Source: Octopus sinensis (taxonomy: Eukaryota). Taken from it: a DNA stretch of 64,000 nt. Location of the stretch: NCBI RefSeq assembly GCF_006345805.1, contig NC_043013.1, positions 36,828,001 through 36,892,000 of the forward strand. Reading direction: 5' to 3'. How positions within the stretch are numbered: the first letter of the stretch is position 1; the number at the start of each line of letters is the position of its first letter. Positions 63,911-64,000 of this stretch are shown piece after piece. The translations under genes and the position numbers were made by a program. A model generated the notes under the pieces. That model had not been told where the DNA came from. It saw nothing but the letters and a program-made list of their open reading frames with translations, and ran no database searches.

Positions 63911-64000
63911 CAGACAAGCATGCATGCAAGCAAGCCAGTCGCAGAGTTTTAATAGTATATAGATAGTTTTATGTAAATAGACTTATTTCATGAATTATAT

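Noticed and set aside
330-64000. Most ORFs in the supplied track (YIYI, HTHT, CVCV, SLSL, poly-T/Y/I)
   Set aside because: They are translations of microsatellites and lack splice context or protein-like composition.

Overview
AT-rich eukaryotic genomic DNA packed with (TA)n, (CA)n, (GA)n and trinucleotide microsatellites. The repeat families (tRNA-derived SINEs, RTE, CR1 and R4/Dong LINE fragments, TTAA MITEs) resemble those I know from Octopus, so a cephalopod origin is inferred. No complete gene, rRNA, tRNA or CRISPR array is present, and nearly all ORF-track entries are microsatellite read-throughs. CpG is abundant over the first ~10.5 kb and strongly depleted from ~11 kb onward. This suggests a promoter domain at ~6.8-10.5 kb followed by the methylated body of one very large gene, probably on the + strand, whose introns fill the rest of the window. 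The best coding-exon candidate is 46841-46972 (MATQHAETIVYIVNTVTDKRGLPQFNGFHEENFCSNFK, family not recognised); several microexon candidates also occur. The most notable structures are: (1) a ~93%-identical inverted MITE pair forming a ~225-bp dsRNA stem just upstream of that exon; (2) two regularly spaced motif arrays, one Smad-box-like at 37.7 kb and one AGGTCA nuclear-receptor-like at 39.7 kb; (3) a C/D-box snoRNA-like segment at 14.0 kb; (4) decayed Penelope-type hammerhead motifs; (5) an RTE 3' end carrying three C2H2 fingers; (6) a nested transposon pile-up at 52.9-56.0 kb. Everything was read by eye, and counts are manual approximations.
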